Positions 10,528 through 19,876 of a stretch of 64,000 nt of DNA are shown piece after piece. Location: the NCBI GenBank assembly GCA_024400415.1, contig JAKSMS010000002.1:5679-69678 (forward strand), in the 5' to 3' direction. The stretch's first letter is position 1; every line of letters starts with the position of its first letter. A program made the position numbers and the translations under genes. Below the pieces are notes generated by a model. The model had not been told where the DNA came from. It made no database searches and worked only from the letters and a program-made list of their open reading frames with translations. Origin of the DNA: Bacteroidales bacterium (lineage in GTDB: Bacteria > Bacteroidota > Bacteroidia > Bacteroidales > P3).

Positions 10528-12777
10528 TTATTCTTCGTCAAATCGGTCAATAGTCTTCTCTTCGGGCGATACGAACCACACCACGTCGCCGTCGCGGAAT
10601 ACGGTCTGTGCTGGAGGGTTGTGGGTGAACTGACCGTCGTGCTCTATGGCGATGATCATGCCCTGGTGCTGGCGCTGGAAGTCGGAACGTATCAGGTCTT
10701 TGCCGCAGAGCGGTCCGTCGGCCTTCACCTCGTAGCGGTATATGTTCACCTCGTTGTCGGAGTGGTCGTGGATGAGCATGTCGGGCTCCACCTCGATGGC
10801 GCCTCTCAGCTTCGAGATCTTCTCCTCCGAACCTATCACCGTCAGCTTGTCCGTCGGCATCACCAGCTCGTCCCTTCCGGGCAGGTTGATTACCCGTCCG
10901 GCACGCTCTATGGCCACTATGTTTACGTCGAAGCTTTGGCGGAAGGCACAGTCCATCAGTCGCTTGCCGGCATATTCCGAGTAGGGGGTCACCCTCACTA
11001 TCTCCATCACGAAGTTCTCGGCCATAGCCTGAGGTATCTTGAACGAGTGCTGCTGTTGGCGCTGGTTGAAGTTGCTTAGGAATCGGTTCTCAATCTGCTT
11101 GTAAAACCCCCTTACCCTAGAGGAGAACACTACCAGTATCACCACAAACAGCGTGGCCATCAGCGCAAATCCTACCGCCAGGTGGATGTAGAGGGCTATC
11201 ACGGCGCCTACAAAGGTCAGCACCACGCCGTATCTCAGCACTATCATCGGTATCAGGGCCGCCAGCGAGTGGTCGAATTCCTCCAGCAGGTGTTTCACCT
11301 CATCCTTGTGCAGGTTCTTAAATACCATAGCCCATAGAAACGGCGCCATCGCCGATATCGTGATGGCCAGTCCGATGATGTTGCCCCACACCGAGGGACT
11401 CCCGTCGTCGAGGGTGAAGATAGCGTTGAGGAACGGCTTCAGGTATAGCGACGATATCAGCTGCAATGCCGTGAGGATGGCGCCATAGAGCAGCACCGTC
11501 TTCAGCTGTCCGCCCACGAATCGGCGTATCGACACCTCGTCGCTGTCGCCGCTGGCCGAGCGCGCTGCATATTCATCTATGGCCTGGCGCAGCCGGTAGG
11601 GCAGCTTCGGATAAGCCTTCTCGTAGAACGGAACGGCCCCCTTGATCATATACGGCGTGGCAAAGGTGGTCACTATCGATACCGACACGATGATAGGGTA
11701 GAGGTCCGGGTTGATCACCCCATAGCTCAGTCCCAGCCCGGCAATGATAAACGAGAACTCGCCTATCTGGCAGAAGCAGAATCCAGACCGGATGGCAGCG
11801 CGGGCAGGCTTGCCGCTCAGTACGATGCCGAAGGTGGCGCTGGCCGACTTGAACACGATCACCGTAGCAGCAATCACGATGATGGGCACAAAGTATTGCA
11901 CCAGCACCATGGGGTCCACCATCATGCCCACCGACACGAAGAATACCGCCGAGAAGAGGTTCTTCACCGGCGTGATGATGCGGTGTATGGCGTCAGCCTC
12001 AATGGTCTCGGCCAGGATGGCGCCCATCACAAAGGCGCCCAGCGCCGTGCTGAATCCCACATACGAGGCAAAGACCACCATCGCAAAGCACAGTCCAACG
12101 GCCACTATGCACAGCGTCTCCTCAGTCATGAAGCGGCGCATCCAGCGCAGGAACGTCGGTATCAAGAATATGCCGAACAAAAACCAAATGATCAGGAAGA
12201 ACGCCAGCTTCACCAGGCTCAGTCCCAGCTCCAATCCGTCAAACTGGCGGCTCACCGATATCGTGGAGAGCACCACCAGCAGCAATACCGCTATCACGTC
12301 CTCCACCACCAGCACCGCCGTCACAGTGCTCGTGAACTTCTGCTGCTTCAGCTTCAGGTCGTCAAACGACTTGATGATGATCGCCGTTGACGAGATGGAG
12401 AGCATACATCCCAGAAACACGCAGTCCAGCGACGGCCACCCCAGGCACCTGCCCACCACAAAGCCTATCAGAAACATCAGAAACAGCTCCGTCAGCGCCG
12501 TGATGCCGCCTGTGCGGCCCACCTTCTTCAGCTTCTTCAGGCTGAACTCCAGTCCCACGGCAAACATTAGAAACACCACTCCGATGTCGCTCCACACGTG
12601 GATGTCGTGCTCGTCGGTGATCACCGGAAACCACGGAAAGTACGGGCCGATAAAGAAGCCCGCCACGATATAGCCCAGCACCAGTGGCTGCTTGAGCATT
12701 TTGAAGACTACGGTGGTCACTCCAGCCGTGATCAGGATCATGGCAAGGTCGAGGAATAAGGGCGAGAGCTGCTGCAT
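10528..12777 (-). CDS. CPA2-family cation:proton antiporter with C-terminal RCK_C (TrkA-C) domains
   Basis: About 12 TM segments of Na_H_exchanger type, then soluble repeats (VMEIVRVTPYSEYAGKRLMD..., IYRYEVKADGPLCGKDL...). Confidence 0.85.
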   Translation of the reverse strand: MQQLSPLFLDLAMILITAGVTTVVFKMLKQPLVLGYIVAGFFIGPYFPWFPVITDEHDIHVWSDIGVVFLMFAVGLEFSLKKLKKVGRTGGITALTELFLMFLIGFVVGRCLGWPSLDCVFLGCMLSISSTAIIIKSFDDLKLKQQKFTSTVTAVLVVEDVIAVLLLVVLSTISVSRQFDGLELGLSLVKLAFFLIIWFLFGIFLIPTFLRWMRRFMTEETLCIVAVGLCFAMVVFASYVGFSTALGAFVMGAILAETIEADAIHRIITPVKNLFSAVFFVSVGMMVDPMVLVQYFVPIIVIAATVIVFKSASATFGIVLSGKPARAAIRSGFCFCQIGEFSFIIAGLGLSYGVINPDLYPIIVSVSIVTTFATPYMIKGAVPFYEKAYPKLPYRLRQAIDEYAARSASGDSDEVSIRRFVGGQLKTVLLYGAILTALQLISSLYLKPFLNAIFTLDDGSPSVWGNIIGLAITISAMAPFLWAMVFKNLHKDEVKHLLEEFDHSLAALIPMIVLRYGVVLTFVGAVIALYIHLAVGFALMATLFVVILVVFSSRVRGFYKQIENRFLSNFNQRQQQHSFKIPQAMAENFVMEIVRVTPYSEYAGKRLMDCAFRQSFDVNIVAIERAGRVINLPGRDELVMPTDKLTVIGSEEKISKLRGAIEVEPDMLIHDHSDNEVNIYRYEVKADGPLCGKDLIRSDFQRQHQGMIIAIEHDGQFTHNPPAQTVFRDGDVVWFVSPEEKTIDRFDEE

Positions 12778-12997
12778 AACTCAATTATTTTTAATGTATA
12801 TTACATAACGCGCGCGCGCCAGTTTTATTGCCTAAGAGCCCCAAAACAATTTAGAATAAAAAAATACTCATGTTAAATGATTGATAGATATGTGGTTGTA
12901 GTGAGGATTGAAAAAAATGATATTTTTTTTTGCCATTCTGCACAATAAAAACGAAATACCCTCCGTTTCTATAAGCGTTGTTTGTTATTTTGTCGAA

Positions 12998-13101
12998 GAG
13001 AGACTCCAAAGGAAACACTAAAACGGTGATGACCCATCCCTCCTGCGATCCCCAATCGCGCCACCGGTTTCCCTTGGGTCTCTCACTTTTTAAGGGATGG
13101 G
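12998..13101 (+). other. Long imperfect hairpin with downstream complementary 9-mer in the 5' region of the lipoprotein operon
   Basis: 12998-13016 pairs with 13067-13084 (17 bp, one bulge, one mismatch). Inner helices are CGGTG/CACCG and GCGAT/ATCGC. Loop 9-mer CCCATCCCT (13033-13041) is complementary to AGGGATGGG (13093-13101). A T-run follows the outer stem. Confidence 0.5.
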
Positions 13102-13151
13102 GCAAGACGGCAGGCACTATAGAGAAAACCAAAGAATAAAAACGCATCGAT

Positions 13152-13532
13152 ATGAAAAAGATTCTACTTCTTTCCGTAGCACTCCTCGTGCTGTCAGGAT
13201 GCAAGAAAACCCCCGTAGACGATGGCCGCACATCCTACACCTTCGTCAACAAAGTGCTCCCCCTCGAAGCACTCAACATCAACTGCTGGATTTACGAGTA
13301 CAACCGCGCCGACCAGCGCATCGACAGCAACTACATCGCCACCCCCGAGTACAACAAAGACTACACCTTCTATCCCAGCGACTCCTGCCACCACATCAAG
13401 GCCAAGGTATTCTCCACAGAGAAAGACCGCTGGAGCCCCGACGTGTTCCTCATCAAGCCCGGCAAGAACATCCGCATCGAAGTCTCGCTCCAGACCGAAT
13501 ACGCCTTCAAAGAACCCGAATACCACGAATAA
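13152..13532 (+). CDS. small lipoprotein, unknown function
   Basis: Lipobox signal MKKILLLSVALLVLSGC. 126-aa ORF in the expected codon bias. Confidence 0.75.
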   Translation: MKKILLLSVALLVLSGCKKTPVDDGRTSYTFVNKVLPLEALNINCWIYEYNRADQRIDSNYIATPEYNKDYTFYPSDSCHHIKAKVFSTEKDRWSPDVFLIKPGKNIRIEVSLQTEYAFKEPEYHE

Positions 13533-13557
13533 AAAAAACTCCAAATAAAAAAAACAA

Positions 13558-14577
13558 ATGAAGAAGTCTTTTATCAGACTGGCTGCCATCGCAGCAGCCC
13601 TCACCCTCACCTCCTGCCACAACCAGGAAGCCCCAGTAGAAGAGCCTGCTAACGACACCGTAGAGGTCTACATGACCCGTGAAATCACCCCAGAATCCCT
13701 CATCCGCATCTACGAGGCCATCAACCACCAGGCACCCGCCGACGCCAAAGTAGCCGTCAAGATCTCCACCGGCGAGATGGGCGGCCACAACTACCTCAAG
13801 CCCGAACTCATCGGCCAGTTCGTTGGCAAAGTCAACGGCACCATCGTAGAGTGCAACACCGCCTATGCCGGCAAGCGCAACACCACCGCCGACCACTGGG
13901 AGACCATCAAGGCCCACGGATTCCTCGACATCGCCAAGTGCGACATCATGGATGAAGAAGGCGAGTTCGAAATCCCAGTATCCGACACCACCCGCATCAA
14001 GAGCGACATCGTAGGCAGCCACATGGCCAACTACGACTACATGGTCAACCTCGCACACTTCAAAGGCCACCAGATGGGCGGCTTCGGCGGCGTGCTCAAG
14101 AACGCCTCCATCGGCGTAGCCTCCAGTAACGGCAAGGCCTACATCCACACCGCAGGCGCCACCAAGCTGGCCTCCGAACTCTGGGCCAAGCTCCCCGCCG
14201 ACTGGGACAAGACCCCAGAAGGCAACGACCCATTCACCGAGTCCATGGCAGCAGCCGCTCAGGCAGTCCACAACTACTTCGCAGCTAAGAAAGGCATCGT
14301 ATACATCAACGTGATGAACAACATGTCCATCGACTGTGACTGCGACTCCCATCCCGCCGACCCACTCATCAAGGACTACGGCATCCTCGGCTCCACCGAC
14401 CCCGTGGCTCTCGACCAGGCCTGCCTCGACATCATCAACCAGATGACCGTCACCGACGACAACAACACCCAGCCCCTCAAGGAGCGCATCGCCCAGCGCA
14501 ACGGCCAGCATATCGTAGAGTATGCTGAGAAGATCGGCCTCGGAACCCGCGTCTACAAGATCATCTGCATCGACTAG
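13558..14577 (+). CDS. lipoprotein, DUF362-like (tentative)
   Basis: Lipobox AAALTLTSC. HFKGHQMGGFGGVLKNASIG and SIDCDCDSHP segments resemble DUF362 proteins. The family assignment is from memory only. Confidence 0.7.
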   Translation: MKKSFIRLAAIAAALTLTSCHNQEAPVEEPANDTVEVYMTREITPESLIRIYEAINHQAPADAKVAVKISTGEMGGHNYLKPELIGQFVGKVNGTIVECNTAYAGKRNTTADHWETIKAHGFLDIAKCDIMDEEGEFEIPVSDTTRIKSDIVGSHMANYDYMVNLAHFKGHQMGGFGGVLKNASIGVASSNGKAYIHTAGATKLASELWAKLPADWDKTPEGNDPFTESMAAAAQAVHNYFAAKKGIVYINVMNNMSIDCDCDSHPADPLIKDYGILGSTDPVALDQACLDIINQMTVTDDNNTQPLKERIAQRNGQHIVEYAEKIGLGTRVYKIICID

Positions 14578-14599
14578 CCATCCAGCCAGCAATAATAAA

Positions 14600-14627
14600 G
14601 GCGGTCCCAGCGACCGCCTTTTTTTTT
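14600..14627 (+). terminator. rho-independent terminator
   Basis: GGCGGTC / GACCGCC stem with a 5-nt loop, followed by a 9-T run. Confidence 0.85.
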
Positions 14628-14648
14628 GAGCCGCTCGCCCCGGGGTAA

Positions 14649-15038
14649 GCGAACCCATCCGGTGGGGTTTCTCCGTGGCTTTTTGTCGGAGTTGACCGCC
14701 AGATAGGCCGGAGAAAAGCGCCAGATAAGCGGCAGTTAGGAATCGGCGGAAATCCTGGTGTTGGAGGTAGTGGTTGGAGCCTGTCAGGTAGAAGTAATCT
14801 TGGATTACCTAAACCGCCATCTCGTAACAGAAAGGAGGGTAAGATTATTGTGAAAATATGGGTAGACAGAAGCGGAAACGTGACTCAAGCAGACGCACCT
14901 GTTAGAGGATCGACTATTTTGGATTCTGGCATGGTTGAAGAAGCTAAGTCGACCGCCATGAAGGCCAAGTTCAGCGCTTCGGAATCGGCTCCTGAATTGC
15001 AGACAGGCACTATAACTTACGTCTACACGATGCAATAG
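14649..15038 (+). pseudogene. TonB C-terminal domain remnant (N-terminal part missing)
   Basis: Open frame without an ATG reads GGSGWSLSGRSNLGLPKPPSRNRKEGKIIVKIWVDRSGNVTQA...AKFSASESAPELQTGTITYVYTMQ. This matches Bacteroidales TonB C-termini. There is no TM or proline-rich part upstream, and only an internal GTG (track ORF 14850..15038). Confidence 0.6.
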
Positions 15039-15123
15039 CCGTATTATATATAAGGGTGTGCTTTTCGGAGCGGGTGCCCTTGCTTTTTTTTTGTATGGCT
15101 GGGTGGAATCCGATTTTTTTTTG

Positions 15124-15131
15124 TATATTTG
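15124..15131 (+). promoter_or_regulatory. Bacteroidetes -7 promoter box TATATTTG
   Basis: TAnnTTTG match 26 nt upstream of the ATG at 15157. Confidence 0.5.
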
Positions 15132-15156
15132 CATTTTTATTAAAGATAGTATCTTG

Positions 15157-16434
15157 ATGATGAAGAATACTTTTTTGTGCTTGATTTGCATGGCGTTGTG
15201 CTACGCTGTATCGGCTCAGGGCTACCAGCCGCTGAATGGTGATTTCGAGCAGTGGGATGGTTCTTCTGTAACGGCTGAACCTTCGCATTGGAATTCTTTT
15301 GCCACTTCTGACGGCTCTTATGCCGGACTGGCCTCGACACCGCACCACTATCACCGCCGCAATCAGAACGGCCAGAACTCTTATCTCACCATCTACACCA
15401 AGAGCATCATGGGCATCAAGGCCAACGGCAACATGACTACCGGCAGGATCCATGCTGGCGCAATGTCGGCCAGCTCGGCGAGCAACTATAACTATACCCA
15501 GCGCTCGAACAGCGACTTCTCGCAGCCTTTCACCGCTACGCCCGACTCGATGTATGTGAAGGTGTCGTTCTATGCCGCCAGCTCCTCGTCGAGAGCCCAC
15601 GTGCTGGCCTATGTGCATGGCGACAACGACTTCAAGGATCCCGGCGACGACGGCAATACGTCGAAGTATGCCGCCAAGGCTGTGGCTGCCACCACCAGGA
15701 CCACCAGTTCGGCCTCGTCGATGTCGTGGACGGAACTCAAGGTGCCTTTTGTATATTCGGGTACGGCGGATCCGGCTTATCTGCTGATCTCCATCACCAC
15801 CAACGAGACTCCTGGCGGCGGCTCGGCCAACGACTCGCTCTCGGTGGACGACATACGCTTCGTCTACAGCTCGTGGCTGACCGACATCCTTGTGGACGGA
15901 TTGTCTATTGAGGGATTCCAGAAGGGCGTGGCAGACTACGACCTAGGCCTTAAGGACAGCCTGACGGACCTCGACCTGCAAGCTGTCACGGAGGCGGCGG
16001 ACGCCACCGTGGCCATAGACCGTCAGGATATTGTTCTTGACACTGTGGCCGAGGACGGCTCCTACGACATCGAGGTGGTATATACAATCACCGTCACTGC
16101 CGAGGACGGCAGCCAGCGCCCCTACTCCGTGAGATACACCACCCATATAGAAGCTGACCCTGAGGATCCAGAAGACCCCGAGGACCCAGAGGGTCCGGAA
16201 GAGGGCATCGCCGAGGCGGAGGTGGCTTCGCTAAGGGTGGCTCCGACAGTGGTGACGACCACGCTGAGAATCCTTGCCGAGAGGGCAGAAGACCCCTTTG
16301 TGCTCTATGATATGGGCGGCAGGCTGCTGGCTACTTATCCTGCCGAGGTGCGTACGATAGACTTCTCAGGCCGCGACGCCGGCATCTACCTGCTGCGCAG
16401 CGGCAGCAAGGCGGCAAGGGTCATCAAGAAATAG
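15157..16434 (+). CDS. secreted PCMD-like / cadherin-like-beta-sandwich protein with T9SS C-terminal sorting domain
   Basis: Signal peptide MMKNTFLCLICMALCYAVSAQG and YQPLNGDFEQWD start typical of PCMD domains. Acidic PEDPEDPEDPEGPEE linker. T9SS tail (...FVLYDMGGRLL...GIYLLRSGSKAARVIKK). Confidence 0.75.
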   Translation: MMKNTFLCLICMALCYAVSAQGYQPLNGDFEQWDGSSVTAEPSHWNSFATSDGSYAGLASTPHHYHRRNQNGQNSYLTIYTKSIMGIKANGNMTTGRIHAGAMSASSASNYNYTQRSNSDFSQPFTATPDSMYVKVSFYAASSSSRAHVLAYVHGDNDFKDPGDDGNTSKYAAKAVAATTRTTSSASSMSWTELKVPFVYSGTADPAYLLISITTNETPGGGSANDSLSVDDIRFVYSSWLTDILVDGLSIEGFQKGVADYDLGLKDSLTDLDLQAVTEAADATVAIDRQDIVLDTVAEDGSYDIEVVYTITVTAEDGSQRPYSVRYTTHIEADPEDPEDPEDPEGPEEGIAEAEVASLRVAPTVVTTTLRILAERAEDPFVLYDMGGRLLATYPAEVRTIDFSGRDAGIYLLRSGSKAARVIKK

Positions 16435-16452
16435 TACAAGAAAAAACATCTT

Positions 16453-17055
16453 ATGAAAGCTATAGAACTGTATAATATCTTTGCTGTGCAGGTGGCACAG
16501 TATCACGTGAACGACGATATCGACGGCGCTGAGCACAATCCCTATCAGGAGGGCAGCTTTGAGGCGCTGCTGTGGACCAAGAACTGGGTGGACACGGTGC
16601 AGTGGCATCTGGAAGACCTGGTGCGTCCGGAGGACGTGGACCCCGTGGAGGCGCTGAAGCTGAAGCGCAGAATCGACAAGTCGAACCAAGTGCGCACCAA
16701 TCTGGTGGAGCAGATAGACGACTACTATATGTCGCTCTTTGGCCAGGTGGAGACCCGCGAGAACGCTACGCTCAACACCGAGACTCCGGCCTGGGCCATA
16801 GACCGCCTGAGCATACTGGCGCTGAAGATATACCACTTCGGTATCGAGGTGAACCGTGAGGATGCCTCGGAGGAACACAAGGCCAAGTGCCAGCAGAAGT
16901 ACGACACCCTGCTGCAGCAGCGCGCCGACCTCACCGAGGCCATAGACCAGCTGCTGGAAGACCTGGCAGCCGGACGCAAGGTGATGAAGCTCTACCGCCA
17001 GATGAAGATGTACAACGACCCGTCGTTGAACCCCATGCTATATGCCAAGAAATAG
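16453..17055 (+). CDS. DUF4254 domain protein
   Basis: LWTKNWVDTVQWHLEDL...RIDKSNQVRTNLVEQID...AIDRLSILALKIYH pattern. It is in its usual position next to a GT9 gene. Confidence 0.7.
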   Translation: MKAIELYNIFAVQVAQYHVNDDIDGAEHNPYQEGSFEALLWTKNWVDTVQWHLEDLVRPEDVDPVEALKLKRRIDKSNQVRTNLVEQIDDYYMSLFGQVETRENATLNTETPAWAIDRLSILALKIYHFGIEVNREDASEEHKAKCQQKYDTLLQQRADLTEAIDQLLEDLAAGRKVMKLYRQMKMYNDPSLNPMLYAKK

Positions 17056-18010
17056 GCGCATACTGATGCTGCGCCTTTCGGCGCTGGGAGACGTGGCCAT
17101 ACTCGAACCTGTGGTGCGGCAGCGTGCCGCCCAGTGTCCGGACGCGGAGTTTCTGTTGGCGGCTCCGCCTATGCTGCAGCCGCTGTTTGAGGGGATTCCC
17201 AACCTGACCTACATACCGACGAAAAAAAACTCTTCGTGGCAGCTCTTCAAGCAACTGCGGAAGTATCGGCCCTCCGCTGTGGCCGACATGCACGGGGTGT
17301 GGCGCTCGTGGGGTGTGCGTGCCCTGTTCCTGCTTTCGGGTGTGGGCGGATGCGGCATCCGCAAGGAACGCTCGAAAAGAAAAAAACTCTTGCGCGAGAC
17401 GGACAAGGACCTGACGCCGCTGACGCCGTCGTGGAGACGCTACGACCGAGTGCTGCAGAGGGTGATACCCGAATTGCGCCGTCAGCCGGAACTCAGTCCG
17501 TCAAGCAGGCCGGCAGTGAGTCCGTCCATGATTGGCGTGGCCCCTTTTGCCCAGCATAAGGGCAAGATATACCCTCAGGATAAGATGGAGCGGGTGGTGG
17601 AACTGCTGTCGCAGCGAGGTGCGCAGGTGCTGCTTTTCGGCGGGAAAGGGGAGAGGTCGATCCTGGAGGCGTGGTCGCAGAAATATCCTAACGTGGAGTC
17701 GGTGGCAGGCCGCTACTCCTTTGAAGAGGAGCTGGAACGAATCTCCCAGCTCGACGTGATGCTCTCGATGGATTCGGCCAACATGCACTTTGCCTCATGC
17801 AAGGGTGTGAGGGTGGTGAGCGTATGGGGTGCCACGCATCCCGCAGCGGGATTCTACGGCTATGGCCAGAATCTGGACGACGCCGTGCAGCAGGACCTCC
17901 CGTGCCGTCCCTGCTCGATGTTCGGCAAGAAGCCCTGCCGCTATGGCGACTACCGCTGTCTAAACGGAATCAGTCCGGAGCGGATCGTGGAACGGGTGCT
18001 GGAACCTTAA
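17042..18010 (+). CDS. glycosyltransferase family 9 (heptosyltransferase-like)
   Basis: N-terminal RILMLRLSALGDVAILEPV motif and C-terminal MLSMDSANMHFA. Overlaps the DUF4254 gene by 14 nt. Confidence 0.8.
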   Translation: MPRNRRILMLRLSALGDVAILEPVVRQRAAQCPDAEFLLAAPPMLQPLFEGIPNLTYIPTKKNSSWQLFKQLRKYRPSAVADMHGVWRSWGVRALFLLSGVGGCGIRKERSKRKKLLRETDKDLTPLTPSWRRYDRVLQRVIPELRRQPELSPSSRPAVSPSMIGVAPFAQHKGKIYPQDKMERVVELLSQRGAQVLLFGGKGERSILEAWSQKYPNVESVAGRYSFEEELERISQLDVMLSMDSANMHFASCKGVRVVSVWGATHPAAGFYGYGQNLDDAVQQDLPCRPCSMFGKKPCRYGDYRCLNGISPERIVERVLEP

Positions 18011-18011
18011 A

Positions 18012-19223
18012 TTATATGGGGAGTCTGACGGTGAAGGAGGTGCCTTCGCCCAACTCGGATTCCACCTCGATGGTGCCGTGGTGGAGCTGTACCACCTGTG
18101 CCACGTAGTTGAGGCCTATGCCGAAACCTTTAACGTTGTGGACGTTGCCGGTGGACACGCGGTAGAACTTCTCGAAGATATGCTTTTGGTCTTCGCGCGA
18201 GATGCCGATGCCGTGGTCGCGAATCTTGAGCACGAGCATGTTGTCGGCTGTGGTGGTGGACACCTCGATCAGGGGCTGGCCCGTGGAGTATTTGATGGCG
18301 TTGTCGATGAGGTTGTGGATGAGGTTGGAGATATGTAGCGGGTCGGCGTAGATGACGGATGGGTCGGCCTTGAGGTCGATAGTGAGACTGCCGTTGCGGT
18401 TGCTGAGGGTGAGCTTGAAGGACTGAGCCACATGGGTGATCATGTCGTGGATGTCTACTTCGTCGAGGTTGATGGAGTATTTCTTGTTGGACATCTTGGC
18501 CGACTGAAGGATGGTGTCGACGAGCACGCGCAGGCGCGAGGTTTCGTCTTGGATGATATTGAGGAAGGACTTCTGCTGTTCGGGGTCGGTGGAGACGGAG
18601 GTGTCTTGGAGCATCTGGCTGGCAAGGGAGATGGTGGCGAGGGGGGTCTTGATCTCGTGGGTCATATTGTTGATGAAGTCGTTCTTCATCTCGTCGACCT
18701 TGCGCTGCTTGGATATGGTGTAGGTGGTGATGATGAGCAGTGCGGTGACCACAGCGATGAGCAGAATATAGATGATGGAGAATGCGTTGGTGTTGAATCC
18801 GAAATCCCAAGGGGAATGGGGGAAGTAGAGCACGAGGAACATATCGGTGTCTGCCTCGGCGAAATCGGGCTTGTAGGTGAATTTGTAGGGCGACTCGCGG
18901 AACTGGGGTTCGCTGCCGGGATGGCTGCAGTAGAGGTACTCGTTCATGTGGGTGTAGGCGATGGCTACTTCGGGTTCGCGGGTGATGCCGTTGGTGAGCA
19001 GTTCATCGGTGATGAGTGAGTCGATGTGGGAATAGCTGTAGTCTTCGGGCGAGAGCTGTTCGAGCTTGGGCACGACGGCGTCCATGGTGTTGTTGACGGA
19101 GATGGAGAAAAGGCTCTCGGAGGCGGTCATGCTCTGCTTGGTCTGGTAGACCTGGATGGAGATGAGTCCCAGCGCCGCAAAGGTGAAGACGACGAAAATG
19201 AGTACGATGAATCTACGTTTCAT
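18012..19223 (-). CDS. sensor histidine kinase (HisKA + HATPase_c), two TM segments
   Basis: H-box FINNMTHEIKTPLATI, N-box LIHNLIDNAIKYS, G-boxes DHGIGI and GFGIGL. Confidence 0.9.
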   Translation of the reverse strand: MKRRFIVLIFVVFTFAALGLISIQVYQTKQSMTASESLFSISVNNTMDAVVPKLEQLSPEDYSYSHIDSLITDELLTNGITREPEVAIAYTHMNEYLYCSHPGSEPQFRESPYKFTYKPDFAEADTDMFLVLYFPHSPWDFGFNTNAFSIIYILLIAVVTALLIITTYTISKQRKVDEMKNDFINNMTHEIKTPLATISLASQMLQDTSVSTDPEQQKSFLNIIQDETSRLRVLVDTILQSAKMSNKKYSINLDEVDIHDMITHVAQSFKLTLSNRNGSLTIDLKADPSVIYADPLHISNLIHNLIDNAIKYSTGQPLIEVSTTTADNMLVLKIRDHGIGISREDQKHIFEKFYRVSTGNVHNVKGFGIGLNYVAQVVQLHHGTIEVESELGEGTSFTVRLPI

Positions 19224-19287
19224 GCACCCAATAACGCTTTGAGGTTTGATTTTAGTATGCCTCAGCGGCGATATTTGGAGGAGTAAA

Positions 19288-19312
19288 GAAAAAAGGGCAG
19301 CTGGTGCTGCCC
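19288..19312 (-). terminator. rho-independent terminator of the 19339..19842 gene
   Basis: On the minus strand, GGGCAGC acca GCTGCCC followed by TTTTTT. Confidence 0.8.
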
Positions 19313-19338
19313 TTTGTGGTCTGTATAGGCTAGGCGGA

Positions 19339-19842
19339 TTATTTGCGTTTGGTGCAGTCGTAGTGGGTTAGGTATGAGTAGTCGGCACCGAGGTTGATGG
19401 TGTAGATGCTCTTGAAGTAGAGCTGAGGCATGTTGTTGGCAAAGGCGTGGAAGGTGAAGCGGATCATCTCTTCGGTATTGTCGTAGTAGTAGTCGGATGT
19501 ACAGTTGTCGAGGGTGAGGATGCCTTCGTTCTCGGTGGCGGTGGTGGAGAAGAACACTTTCTCGGCGCCGTCCTTAACGATGGTGGCGGTCACGCTGAGC
19601 TTGCCGTTCTGGCCTTCGGCGATAGTGAGGTAGCCTTGCTGAGGAGGATTGGTCTTGCCGGTCATAGTCTCGAAGAACTCTTCGTCGAACCAAGTGCCGT
19701 CGGAGGTGGTGATGCTGTCGTAAATCATCTCGAAGTCGTAGACGCCTACGAGGTCGCTAGCATTGTTTTCTTTATTGCAGGAGGCGAAGGTGGAGCAGAG
19801 TGCCACGATGGCTGCTGCGAGGAGGAGGATCTGTTTTTTCAT
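19339..19842 (-). CDS. lipoprotein, unknown function
   Basis: Lipobox signal MKKQILLLAAAIVALCSTFASC. 167 aa. Confidence 0.75.
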   Translation of the reverse strand: MKKQILLLAAAIVALCSTFASCNKENNASDLVGVYDFEMIYDSITTSDGTWFDEEFFETMTGKTNPPQQGYLTIAEGQNGKLSVTATIVKDGAEKVFFSTTATENEGILTLDNCTSDYYYDNTEEMIRFTFHAFANNMPQLYFKSIYTINLGADYSYLTHYDCTKRK

Positions 19843-19876
19843 GGACGGTTGCTTTGATTAATATTTGTTGATGAAT

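Noticed and set aside
13507-14658. Long antisense ORFs opposite recognised genes. Examples: 13507..14658, 21262..22890, 53366..54682, 56500..57642, 9525..10391, 44814..45713, 10450..11079.
   Set aside because: They mirror GC-rich genes that have clear family motifs. Their products are Val/Gly/Ala/His/Arg-rich with no motifs, as expected for stop-poor antisense frames in GC3-biased DNA.
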